A DNA stretch of 19,331 nt from Promethearchaeota archaeon (GTDB taxonomy: Archaea; Asgardarchaeota; Lokiarchaeia; Sigyniarchaeales; SOKP01): assembly GCA_048938445.1 (NCBI GenBank), contig JBHLME010000085.1, positions 1 to 19,331 of the forward strand, in the 5' to 3' direction. The notes below the pieces were generated by a model. It made no database searches. It saw only the letters and a program-made list of their open reading frames with translations, and was not told the DNA's origin. The position numbers and the translations under genes are program-made. Positions 1 through 8,130 of this stretch are shown here, one piece after another. How positions within the stretch are numbered: position 1 is the first letter of the stretch; each line of letters starts with the position of its first letter.

Positions 1-711
1 TAGGATCATTATCAATCTTATCATATAGAGAAAATCAAGATGATTAGGAAATTCGAAAATAGGAATGATAGTTAATGATCCAAGTACAACTGTGTCTGCC
101 AAAATTCCCAACGCTACTAGAGGTGTCGCGAGGAGTAATAATGAGCTTCTGGTTTTTAATTCTCCTGTAGTATGAGATCTCATCTTAGTAAATCCAATAA
201 ACGTGATTATTGCCGTGATTATCACCAATATCCAAATGAAATAAAAGAATGGTACACCAAATCTAATCCAATCATCCCCTAATCCTGTATTAGCATCAAT
301 TTCTATTGCCACATTACTTTCTATATTGAAATATAAGAGGATGTAATATGCAATAAAAAGTATAACGTATAAACCATAAATTATTTTTTTACTTTTTTTT
401 GTTCCGACTAATTCCCAAACGATATATATAATGGCAAAACATCCGAGGGGAATTGTTGAGTATGCAAAGAACGGCATGAGAAATATTACCCAAGGTAAAG
501 TTGAACCTGCAAATTCAGTAGATAGAAATGATAACGTTATTCCCATCCACCCTAATCCGATTGCTGTAAAAAGGAGCATTCCACCTAGATAAGTCTTGTT
601 GTTTTCTAGCGTTCGAAAATAATACAAACAAACTATTACGAAATACCATGCTGCACTTACTAGTAATAATGCGCTAATTCCGTTTAACCAGGATACGAAA
701 ATATTTGTCAT
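1..711 (-). CDS. Multi-pass (about 7 TM) membrane protein, hypothetical; 3' end runs off the window
   Basis: Not in the ORF track. Translated by hand from ATG at 711: MTNIFVSWLNGISALLLVSAAWYFVIVCLYYFRTLENNKTYLGGMLLFTAIGLGWMGITLSF...RSSLLLLATPLVALGILADTVV...LYMIRLIMIL, open to base 1. About 7 hydrophobic segments; GAGGT motif just upstream of the ATG. Confidence 0.85.
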   Translation of the reverse strand, partial: MTNIFVSWLNGISALLLVSAAWYFVIVCLYYFRTLENNKTYLGGMLLFTAIGLGWMGITLSFLSTEFAGSTLPWVIFLMPFFAYSTIPLGCFAIIYIVWELVGTKKSKKIIYGLYVILFIAYYILLYFNIESNVAIEIDANTGLGDDWIRFGVPFFYFIWILVIITAIITFIGFTKMRSHTTGELKTRSSLLLLATPLVALGILADTVVLGSLTIIPIFEFPNHLDFLYMIRLIMIL

Positions 712-1032
712 TGTAGAACCTCTAAAATTGTAACATTTTTTTTATTTTTTATATTAGATGTATGAGTATTTAATAATTTTTTTATTAAAAACAAAAATGA
801 ATATTGATGAATTAAGATTCATTAAGGAAGATTACTTCTTTTTAAAATGCTATGATGCTTGATTCTTTAAATTTTCATCTATTTAAATGGTAAAATATTA
901 AAAAATTCTAATTTTTCAAGTCATATATTACGAATTTCGAAATATTCGTTATAAAGATTCATAATTGCATGGATTTATATTATAGTTTTATTATGACCAT
1001 ATTGAAAAGAACATTTTTAAAAATTGTTCCAC

Positions 1033-1317
1033 ATGATTGTACCAAAAATCGGTAGCATCTTAAAATTTGACGGGATTAACTGGATAGTAGTCGGAGCGGG
1101 GGATAATTTCTTTAAATATAAAGCAGAAAAGGGTATTTTTTCGCTCGTAAATCTAGACTTAATGGATTGTTTAGTTGTATTAATTAAAGGGAATGATGTC
1201 ATCATAACGGTTGATCCTACAATACCATCTGTAAAAGTCGATGATGAAGAACTTCTCATAGAATATGGAGATACAGGTACTTATTTATTATTGAAATATG
1301 AAAGAGAGAATAACTAG
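1033..1317 (+). CDS. Hypothetical protein (about 94 aa, beta-rich and acidic)
   Basis: ORF track 1024-1317 uses TTG; ATG at 1033 is preferred. Protein-like composition; no family recognised. Confidence 0.6.
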   Translation: MIVPKIGSILKFDGINWIVVGAGDNFFKYKAEKGIFSLVNLDLMDCLVVLIKGNDVIITVDPTIPSVKVDDEELLIEYGDTGTYLLLKYERENN

Positions 1318-1344
1318 ACTATTTTTCTAGAAAGAATGACTTTA

Positions 1345-1384
1345 AACAAATGGTTTAAATATCTATTATTCCTATTTTAAATAT
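1345..1384 (+). promoter_or_regulatory. Candidate archaeal promoter(s) for the trp leader
   Basis: TTTAAATA at 1354-1361, preceded by purine-rich AACAAATGG, would put the start near 1385. A second TTTAAATA at 1376-1383 would give a nearly leaderless start at the ATG at 1408. The AT-rich background weakens the call. Confidence 0.4.
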
Positions 1385-1407
1385 AACATAAAATATGATT
1401 TAAAAAA

Positions 1408-1464
1408 ATGGCACCTGAAAATAATAGTTTCTGGCGTTGGCAGTGGCCTTGGCGTTGGCAATAA
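1408..1464 (+). CDS. trpL: Putative trp operon leader peptide MAPENNSFWRWQWPWRWQ
   Basis: ATG GCA CCT GAA AAT AAT AGT TTC TGG CGT TGG CAG TGG CCT TGG CGT TGG CAA TAA. Five TGG codons among the last 10 sense codons, in a GC-rich patch within AT-rich intergenic DNA, directly upstream of and co-oriented with the trp operon. Confidence 0.85.
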   Translation: MAPENNSFWRWQWPWRWQ

Positions 1465-1490
1465 CGCCCTTATCATTGGTTCAAATCATA

Positions 1491-1552
1491 TTTTAATGCG
1501 CTCACTTTTCTACGCTTTTATTAAATTTTAAAACATTATTGTTATAGCTTTT
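1491..1552 (+). terminator. Candidate U-tract (archaeal-type) conditional terminator after the leader peptide
   Basis: TTTT runs at 1491, 1506, 1516, 1526 and 1549 in a pyrimidine-rich stretch (CTCACTTTTCTACGCTTTTATT). No classic GC hairpin immediately followed by a long U run. Confidence 0.4.
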
Positions 1553-1639
1553 AGATGTGCGTTATTAATATTGAATTCCAATAATTAAACGATACACATC
1601 AACAATGTGATGTAATAATAGAAAAAAATTATAAATGGA

Positions 1640-1912
1640 ATGAAGAAAATGTTAAAGGAAAAATTAAAGAATGATAAAATTAATAATATAATTGCAAATC
1701 ATAGGGAGAAAACACAATATATGAAAAAAGAACAGAATTCAGTTCGAAATTTTATATTTTCTGAGATGATAAGACTTATTAATAATAAAGACAAATTCAT
1801 GTTAGGGCCTGAAAAAACTAAAGCTGCAAGTTTTATTGCAGATAATTATCTTGATGTATATAAATATCTTAATAATCTATTAAAAAATAATATTTTTGAG
1901 GGATTAGATTAA
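1640..1912 (+). CDS. Hypothetical 90-aa basic protein, first gene of the trp operon
   Basis: Open ORF whose TAA (1910-1912) directly abuts the trpD ATG (1913). No family recognised. Confidence 0.7.
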   Translation: MKKMLKEKLKNDKINNIIANHREKTQYMKKEQNSVRNFIFSEMIRLINNKDKFMLGPEKTKAASFIADNYLDVYKYLNNLLKNNIFEGLD

Positions 1913-2968
1913 ATGTCTGAAGAAATTATTGTAAAAGGATTAAAAAAAATAACAAATAGGAAAAACTTAACAGTTCAAGAAGCAGAAAGTATAATGAGAG
2001 AAATCATGTCTGGAAATGTAAACGACTCTCAATTAGGAGCCCTATTAACTGCATTAAGCATGAAAGGGGAGTCAATCGAGGAAATCACCGGTTTTGCTAG
2101 GATAATGAGGGAATTTTCAAACAGAATTAAACCAAATGTCCAAGGAGAATTATTAGACACGTGCGGAACGGGTGGAGATATAATTAAAACTTTTAATATC
2201 AGTACCTTATCAGCATTAGTAGTTGCAGGAGCAGGAATCCCCGTAGCAAAACATGGAAATAGAGCTGTTACTAGTAAATGTGGAAGTGCTGACATTTTGG
2301 AAGGATTGGGCGTTAAAATAGATTTACCCCCTGAAGATGTTAAAAAATGTATAGAACAAGTAGGAATAGGATTCATGTTTGCACCACTTTTTCATCCTGC
2401 AATGAAGTATGCGATGCCTACGAGAAGGGCATTAAAATTAAGAACTGTCTTCAACATTCTTGGGCCATTAACCAACCCAGCATCTGCACGTTGCCATACT
2501 TTGGGTGTATTTCAGAAGGATTTGGCTCCTGTGATGGCAAAAGTGTTAAATGGTTTAGAAGCAAAACACGTATATACAGTTCATAATTCATGTGGTATAG
2601 ATGAAGTTGCCCCAGTAGGGATTAATTACATTACAGAGGTAATTAATGGCAATATCGAATCTTATGCGCTGACTAATGAGGATTTTGGTGTTCCAAATTG
2701 CGTGGTGGATGATATACTTTCAGGGAATTTAGACGATAATCTCAAAATCGCCATAGATATCCTAAAGAACAATAAAAAAGATGCTAAATATAATACTGTT
2801 TTGATGAATGCTTCACTTGCATTAAATTCCGTAAATAAGGCGAATAATTTTAAGGAAGGTATTGAAATAGCTAAAAATTCTATAGAATCAGGAAATGCAT
2901 TTAAAAAACTTTTACAATTTATTGAAGTCTCGGGTGGAAATTCAGAAAAATTGAATAATTTACTATAA
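1913..2968 (+). CDS. trpD: Anthranilate phosphoribosyltransferase
   Basis: Motifs DTCGTGGD, TFNIST, VAKHGNRAVTSKCGSAD, FHPAMK, RTVFNILGPLTNP, GIDE. Confidence 0.98.
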   Translation: MSEEIIVKGLKKITNRKNLTVQEAESIMREIMSGNVNDSQLGALLTALSMKGESIEEITGFARIMREFSNRIKPNVQGELLDTCGTGGDIIKTFNISTLSALVVAGAGIPVAKHGNRAVTSKCGSADILEGLGVKIDLPPEDVKKCIEQVGIGFMFAPLFHPAMKYAMPTRRALKLRTVFNILGPLTNPASARCHTLGVFQKDLAPVMAKVLNGLEAKHVYTVHNSCGIDEVAPVGINYITEVINGNIESYALTNEDFGVPNCVVDDILSGNLDDNLKIAIDILKNNKKDAKYNTVLMNASLALNSVNKANNFKEGIEIAKNSIESGNAFKKLLQFIEVSGGNSEKLNNLL

Positions 2969-2976
2969 TTAAAGAA

Positions 2977-3783
2977 ATGGTTTTCATGGTTTCAAATAAA
3001 ATAAAAGAAATAGTAGAAAAAAGAAGAAAGTCATTGGAAATCGATAAGAATTTAATAAATAGTTTAAATGATATTAATCTTAATAAAAATCGAACACCTT
3101 TAAGTGAAAAAATTAAAAATAATCTTGATATTTCTATAATTTCTGAAATTAAACCTTCTTCACCTACTCTGGGGGAAATTCGAAATGATATTGATGTAAA
3201 GAAGACTGCAATTGAAATGCAAGATGCAGGAGTAGTAGGTCTTAGTATTCTAACTGAACCAAATTATTTCAATGGTAGTTATGATAACCTCCGGTTAGCA
3301 GTTGAAAATACAAATCTGCCCTGTTTAATGAAAGATTTTGTCATTGACGAGATACAATTTAAAATCGCACGTCAAATAGGAGCCACAAATATATTATTAA
3401 TAAATTCCATTGTGGATCTACCTAAATTTTATTCATTAAGTCAAAATTATGATCTTGAACCTCTTATAGAAATTCATGATGCAGAAGAAATAAAAGATAT
3501 AAGAGGATTATTAGAAGTTGGTTTTAAACCAAAATTATTGGGTGTAAATAATAGAAACCTAAAGACCTTAGAAATTGATTTGAATACTTCAAGACAGATC
3601 ATTCCAAAATTAAAGGAAGAATTTGGAGAAAAGCTACAAGTCGTTAGCGAAAGTGGTATAAATTCCAAGGATGAGATTACTTTCGTTCAACCTAGTGGTG
3701 CTGATGCTTTTTTAATTGGCTCTTCAATAATGAAATCAAATAATATCAAAGAAAAGATCTTGGAGTTGCGGGGGATAAAATAA
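2977..3783 (+). CDS. trpC: Indole-3-glycerol phosphate synthase
   Basis: Motifs ISEIKPSSPT, SILTEPNYFNGS, LMKDF, LIEIH, GVNNRNLKT, VSESGI, FLIGSSIM. Alternative start at 2986. Confidence 0.97.
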   Translation: MVFMVSNKIKEIVEKRRKSLEIDKNLINSLNDINLNKNRTPLSEKIKNNLDISIISEIKPSSPTLGEIRNDIDVKKTAIEMQDAGVVGLSILTEPNYFNGSYDNLRLAVENTNLPCLMKDFVIDEIQFKIARQIGATNILLINSIVDLPKFYSLSQNYDLEPLIEIHDAEEIKDIRGLLEVGFKPKLLGVNNRNLKTLEIDLNTSRQIIPKLKEEFGEKLQVVSESGINSKDEITFVQPSGADAFLIGSSIMKSNNIKEKILELRGIK

Positions 3784-4439
3784 TGGAATACGTGAAGATA
3801 TGTGGGTTAAAAAAACACGAGCATGTGCAACTTTGCATTAATAATGGTGCAGATGCCATTGGTTTCATCTATAATGTTCCTACATCTCCAAGAAACATGT
3901 TAAAACATGAAATAAAAGATTTGTTAGAACAAATTAAGAACAAGATATTAACAGTAATAGTTCTTAAACCATCTAACTTAGTTGAATTAGAAAAAACCAT
4001 GAATGATTTCAATCCTTCCTACTTCCAGATTCATTGTGATTTCAATCTTCAAGAGTTAAAGAAACTTGATCTCAAGGAGAGAAGAAAGCTAATTGTCGCA
4101 TTAAAAGTAAATCATGAGAATAAAGAATCTATAATAAGACTAATCGAACAAAATCACGACCAGTTTTTCGCTTTCTTGATAGATAATAGTGAAGGACATG
4201 GGAATGTATTAAATATTGATTTTTTAGGGGATGTATTGAAAAAAACTAGTGGAACTAATTTAATTGTTGCTGGTGGAATCACCATAGAAAATATAGAAAA
4301 TATTATGAAGGTTTTAAAACCGTTTGGAATTGATGTCAGCAGTTCCTTAGAATCTGAAAAAGGAGTTAAAGATTCTTCAAAAATAATAGAATTTTTAAAT
4401 AAAGTTAGAGAAATAAGGAAAAAAATGAGAATGAATTAG
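3783..4439 (+). CDS. trpF: Phosphoribosylanthranilate isomerase
   Basis: Motifs [42 protein letters not shown] overlap with trpC. Confidence 0.95.
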   Translation: MEYVKICGLKKHEHVQLCINNGADAIGFIYNVPTSPRNMLKHEIKDLLEQIKNKILTVIVLKPSNLVELEKTMNDFNPSYFQIHCDFNLQELKKLDLKERRKLIVALKVNHENKESIIRLIEQNHDQFFAFLIDNSEGHGNVLNIDFLGDVLKKTSGTNLIVAGGITIENIENIMKVLKPFGIDVSSSLESEKGVKDSSKIIEFLNKVREIRKKMRMN

Positions 4440-4441
4440 AA

Positions 4442-5644
4442 ATGGATTATATTGACAAATACCCTGATAAATTAGGAAAGTTTGGAGAATTTGGAGGCAT
4501 GTTCGCTCCTGAAATTCTAATGCCCGCTCTTAACGAACTCACTGAAGCATATGAAAAATACATGAGTGATGAGAGTTTCATTGGGGAATTTACTCAAATT
4601 CTTGAAAATTATAGTGGAAGACCAACACCATTATATTTTGCTGAAAGATATAGTAAATATATTGGATGCAAGGTTTACTTAAAACGAGAAGATTTAAATC
4701 ATGGGGGTGCCCATAAAATTAATAATGTCATGGGACAAGCACTTCTAGCTAAAAAGATGGGTAAAACGAAACTTGTTGCCGAAACTGGAGCAGGGCAGCA
4801 TGGATTTGCTACTGCCATTGCTGGAGCTTATTTTGGCATGCCTACTAAAGTATTCATGGGGGAAATTGATATAAAACGTCAAGCTTACAATGTTTATAGA
4901 ATGCAAATTCTTGGCGCAGAAGTGATTCCCGTTAAATCAGGATCTAGGACATTAAAAGACGCCGTAAATGATGGGCTTAGATATTGGATTGCTAACTTAC
5001 ATGACACACATTATTTGATGGGAAGCGTGGTTGGACCACATCCTTATCCCTTAATAGTGAGGGAATTTCAGAGAGTTATTGGTAAGGAATTAAAAGGACA
5101 AATATTAAAGTTAGAAAAAAGGCTCCCAAATGCAATAATTGCATGTATTGGGGGAGGAAGCAATGCAATTGGCGCTTTTTATGACTTTATTAATAATATA
5201 GATGTTCAATTGATCGGTGTGGAAGCGGCTGGAGAAGGTAAAGACACAGATAAGCACTCTATAGCATTGGGATTAGGTCGTAAAGGAGTGTTACATGGTG
5301 CAATGCAATTTCTCCTACAAAATGAATATGGTAATATCAGTGAAACTCATTCAATAAGTGCGGGTCTAGATTACCCCGGAGTAGGTCCAGAGCATTGTTA
5401 TTTAAAAGAATTAAATCGATTGAGAGTTGGTGAAGCGACTGATCAAGAAACTTTAGAGGCATTTCAGAGATTATCTGAGTTAGAAGGAATAATTCCTGCA
5501 CTGGAAAGTTCTCACGCTTTAGCATATTTAGAAAAAATTAAAAATGAGTTCAATAACAACGATATCGTTGTAATTAATCTTTCTGGATCAGGTTCAAAAG
5601 ATCTTGATATAATTAAAGAACACGTGGAGTTTAAGATAAAATGA
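4442..5644 (+). CDS. trpB: Tryptophan synthase beta chain (TrpB1 type)
   Basis: Motifs [32 protein letters not shown] (PLP lysine), [42 protein letters not shown]. Confidence 0.99.
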   Translation: MDYIDKYPDKLGKFGEFGGMFAPEILMPALNELTEAYEKYMSDESFIGEFTQILENYSGRPTPLYFAERYSKYIGCKVYLKREDLNHGGAHKINNVMGQALLAKKMGKTKLVAETGAGQHGFATAIAGAYFGMPTKVFMGEIDIKRQAYNVYRMQILGAEVIPVKSGSRTLKDAVNDGLRYWIANLHDTHYLMGSVVGPHPYPLIVREFQRVIGKELKGQILKLEKRLPNAIIACIGGGSNAIGAFYDFINNIDVQLIGVEAAGEGKDTDKHSIALGLGRKGVLHGAMQFLLQNEYGNISETHSISAGLDYPGVGPEHCYLKELNRLRVGEATDQETLEAFQRLSELEGIIPALESSHALAYLEKIKNEFNNNDIVVINLSGSGSKDLDIIKEHVEFKIK

Positions 5645-5675
5645 ATAAATATGAAACAAAAGGTGAGAAAGAATA

Positions 5676-6518
5676 ATGGAAACTGAATCAAACAGACTTA
5701 TAAAATTATTTTCTGATGAGAATCGAAAAAATGAGAAGTTCTTCATGCCTTTCCTAGTTGCTGGAGATCCTAGTATAGATGAATTTAAGAATCTAGTAGA
5801 AAAAATTGAACCTTACGCTGATATACTTGAGATTGGAGTGCCCTTTAGTGACCCAATTGCGGATGGTCCAACAATACAGGAAGCTAACGTGAGAGCTTTC
5901 AGTGCTGGTATTAATACTTCAGTTGCCTTGGATGCGATCAGAGATATCCGTGCCAAAACAGAAAAACCAATCGTGATTCTAACATATTATAACATTTTAA
6001 TTCAAGGAGCAGATACGATTGAAGAATCTCTTGATATTACTTTTAAGAGATTAAAAGTAAGCGGCGTTGATGGTATCGTTGTTGGAGATCTACCCGTAGA
6101 AGAAGCGGGATTAGCATTAACCGCATGTGAAAAGCACGATATATGCTTAATCTTTTTGATTGCCCCCTCTACAACACCAGATAGATTAACGAAAATATTA
6201 AAGGTAGCAAGAGGTTTTATTTATCTCATATCAGTCATGGGAGTTACAGGAACGCGAACCACGGTGGCTCAAATTACTAAAGATACGATAAATAAGATAT
6301 TAGATAAAACTGAAAATATGATTCCCGTTTTAGTAGGTTTTGGGATTTCACAACCCGAGCATGCGAAAATGATTGTCGATGAGGGTGCTGATGGTGTCAT
6401 AATAGGCTCCGCAATGGTTAAAATCATCAAAGAAAATTTGAGTGATTTTAAAAAAATGGAAACTGAAATGGTCGAGTTCGTTTCTAGTATAAAAAATGCT
6501 ATAAAGAGGCCGATTTAA
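5676..6518 (+). CDS. trpA: Tryptophan synthase alpha chain
   Basis: Motifs AGDP, LEIGVPFSDPIADGPTIQ, LTYYN, DLPVEE, GVTG, VGFGIS, DGVIIGSA. GGTGA RBS upstream. Confidence 0.98.
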   Translation: METESNRLIKLFSDENRKNEKFFMPFLVAGDPSIDEFKNLVEKIEPYADILEIGVPFSDPIADGPTIQEANVRAFSAGINTSVALDAIRDIRAKTEKPIVILTYYNILIQGADTIEESLDITFKRLKVSGVDGIVVGDLPVEEAGLALTACEKHDICLIFLIAPSTTPDRLTKILKVARGFIYLISVMGVTGTRTTVAQITKDTINKILDKTENMIPVLVGFGISQPEHAKMIVDEGADGVIIGSAMVKIIKENLSDFKKMETEMVEFVSSIKNAIKRPI

Positions 6519-6519
6519 T

Positions 6520-7137
6520 TTGACTGCTCAAGAACCAGATAGATTTTATTATCAAGATCAGAGATTAGATCTTGTTGGAATCAAAGGCAATGATCTAACT
6601 GTTCCTTTTGATTTTGGAATTGAAACTTATAGCCGTTCCACAAATTGTTGGAGAGGATATGTAATGCGATATAAAATTATTGGAAAACAATTAGTCTTGG
6701 ATGGTTTTTGGTTTAATTCAAAAAACAACGATCTCCCTAAAATCAATGGGATAAAACCCAATAAACTAGAAAAACCTAAGCCAGAATCGGGAAATTGGAT
6801 GCATCACTTATTTGAATTTGAATATAATGAACTAAATAAGAAAATACAATTCACTGGGAGCATCTGGTTAGCAAAAGATTTTATAGATTCTGAGTATGTT
6901 CACATGGGTTTTCAGAGTCCAACAGCATATAAAACTGTCTTAAAATTTGATTTTAAAGAGGGAGTAATTGTAAATGTAGAAGACAAATCTAAGGCTGTTG
7001 AAATCGCCAGAGAGAAAGGTGCTTGTAAGGAGCCTCAACCAAAATCAATGGATTCCAGAGATATTGAAGAGTGGATCATGAAACGCTTCTCGTTGGATAT
7101 AGATTATTTTAAAAATCAAAGTAATGATGAAAAATGA
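6520..7137 (+). CDS. Conserved hypothetical protein (TAQxPD...STxCWRGY type)
   Basis: TTG start 1 nt after the trpA stop, with AAGAGG upstream. N-terminal MTAQEPD and STNCWRGY resemble a family of uncharacterised prokaryotic proteins; function unknown. Confidence 0.85.
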   Translation: MTAQEPDRFYYQDQRLDLVGIKGNDLTVPFDFGIETYSRSTNCWRGYVMRYKIIGKQLVLDGFWFNSKNNDLPKINGIKPNKLEKPKPESGNWMHHLFEFEYNELNKKIQFTGSIWLAKDFIDSEYVHMGFQSPTAYKTVLKFDFKEGVIVNVEDKSKAVEIAREKGACKEPQPKSMDSRDIEEWIMKRFSLDIDYFKNQSNDEK

Positions 7138-8111
7138 TTGAATATAATGGAATTAAAATAGAATTAACAGAAATCGACAATTATAGGGGTTTTAATCTTT
7201 CTAATAAAGGTTTAAAAAGCTTGAATGAAGTTTTAGGTTTAGAAGGTGAAATTGAAGTTGAATATCTTGATATTTCTTATAACGAGCTGACTTCCCTTTC
7301 TGATGTAATTTTCACCTTACCTAATTTAAAGGTACTTTATGCGAGAGAAAATAAAATATCTAACATTCCAGAATCGATAGGTAATATAAATTCTCTTGAA
7401 TTTATCGAGTTGAGAGAAAATCGATTGAGAACTCTCCCAGAATCCATCGGAGAGCTTAGAAACCTAGATTCTCTCCTTTTGGACGGAAATCCCCTGGAAA
7501 ATCTTCCAGAATCACTTGGAAATCTTATTTCGCTGGAAACTCTGGGATTATTTGATACGAAATTGGAATATTTTCCAGAATCGATGAAAAAATTACCTCA
7601 ATTTCATTTAGATTTCAGTAATCCTTTTCTGACTAGATTTCCCCAGAGTATATTAAATATTAAAAACCTTATAGGGTTGAGTTTAGTGGAAAGTAATTTA
7701 GCATTTATTCCCGAAAATATTGATATCTTAAAGGACCTTAATTTTCTCAGCCTTAAGAATAATCAATTAAATTCATTACCCGAAACAATAGGAAATATAA
7801 GTTCACTATATTATCTAGAAATCGCAAAAAATAAGTTAACTTCATTACCAGAATCCATAGGTAACCTAACCTCACTTAAAATTCTTGATGTGATGGACAA
7901 TGAACTTACAACCCTCCCAGTTTCAATTGGAAATCTCAAGTCTCTCAAAAGGTTATATTTGCATTCGAATAGGATCTCAAGCATTCCAAAATCTATCCTT
8001 AATCTTGATTCCCTGGAAGACTTGGAGTTAACCAATAATCCAATTATGAATGAGAAAAATAATCCAATTATTGAAAAATTAAAAGAAAGAAATGTATTAA
8101 TTAATAACTAA
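7134..8111 (+). CDS. Leucine-rich repeat protein
   Basis: About 12 repeats of mostly 23 aa, consensus LxxLxLxxNxLxxLPESIGNLxS. ATGA overlap with the upstream gene. No signal peptide or other domain evident. Confidence 0.95.
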   Translation: MIEYNGIKIELTEIDNYRGFNLSNKGLKSLNEVLGLEGEIEVEYLDISYNELTSLSDVIFTLPNLKVLYARENKISNIPESIGNINSLEFIELRENRLRTLPESIGELRNLDSLLLDGNPLENLPESLGNLISLETLGLFDTKLEYFPESMKKLPQFHLDFSNPFLTRFPQSILNIKNLIGLSLVESNLAFIPENIDILKDLNFLSLKNNQLNSLPETIGNISSLYYLEIAKNKLTSLPESIGNLTSLKILDVMDNELTTLPVSIGNLKSLKRLYLHSNRISSIPKSILNLDSLEDLELTNNPIMNEKNNPIIEKLKERNVLINN

Positions 8112-8130
8112 TTAAATTTGGAGAAAAAAA

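Larger units (their letters stand above)
1387..1613 (+). promoter_or_regulatory. Putative attenuator / structured 5' leader of the trp operon
   Basis: Perfect 13-bp inverted repeat 1389-1401/1483-1495; hairpin 1451-1468 with a GCAA loop; alternative partners for 1460-1468 at 1433-1439 and 1559-1566; imperfect hairpin 1554-1600 competing with 1596-1613. Confidence 0.65.

Noticed and set aside
1017-1259. Short overlapping ORFs: 1017-1259, and likewise 2029-2376, 2347-2586, 3474-3668, 5337-5525, 7811-8035, 8865-9167, 12847-13029, 13997-14215, 18098-18391
   Set aside because: All are antisense or off-frame shadows of better-supported genes.
1432-1460. TGG every 6 nt as a microsatellite or TRAP-like binding site
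   Set aside because: TRAP binds (G/U)AG repeats, which are not present. The TGGs are in frame between an ATG and a TAA and the spacers vary.
1432-1461. WRWQWPWRWQ resembles Trp/Arg-rich antimicrobial peptides
   Set aside because: No signal or pro-peptide and no export or modification genes nearby. Position before the trp operon and the overlapping RNA helices explain it better.
7360-7990. Recurring CCAGAATC-type nucleotide repeats with 69-nt periodicity, CRISPR-like at first glance
   Set aside because: They are codons of the LRR consensus (LPESIG). Repeats are degenerate and no cas genes are present.
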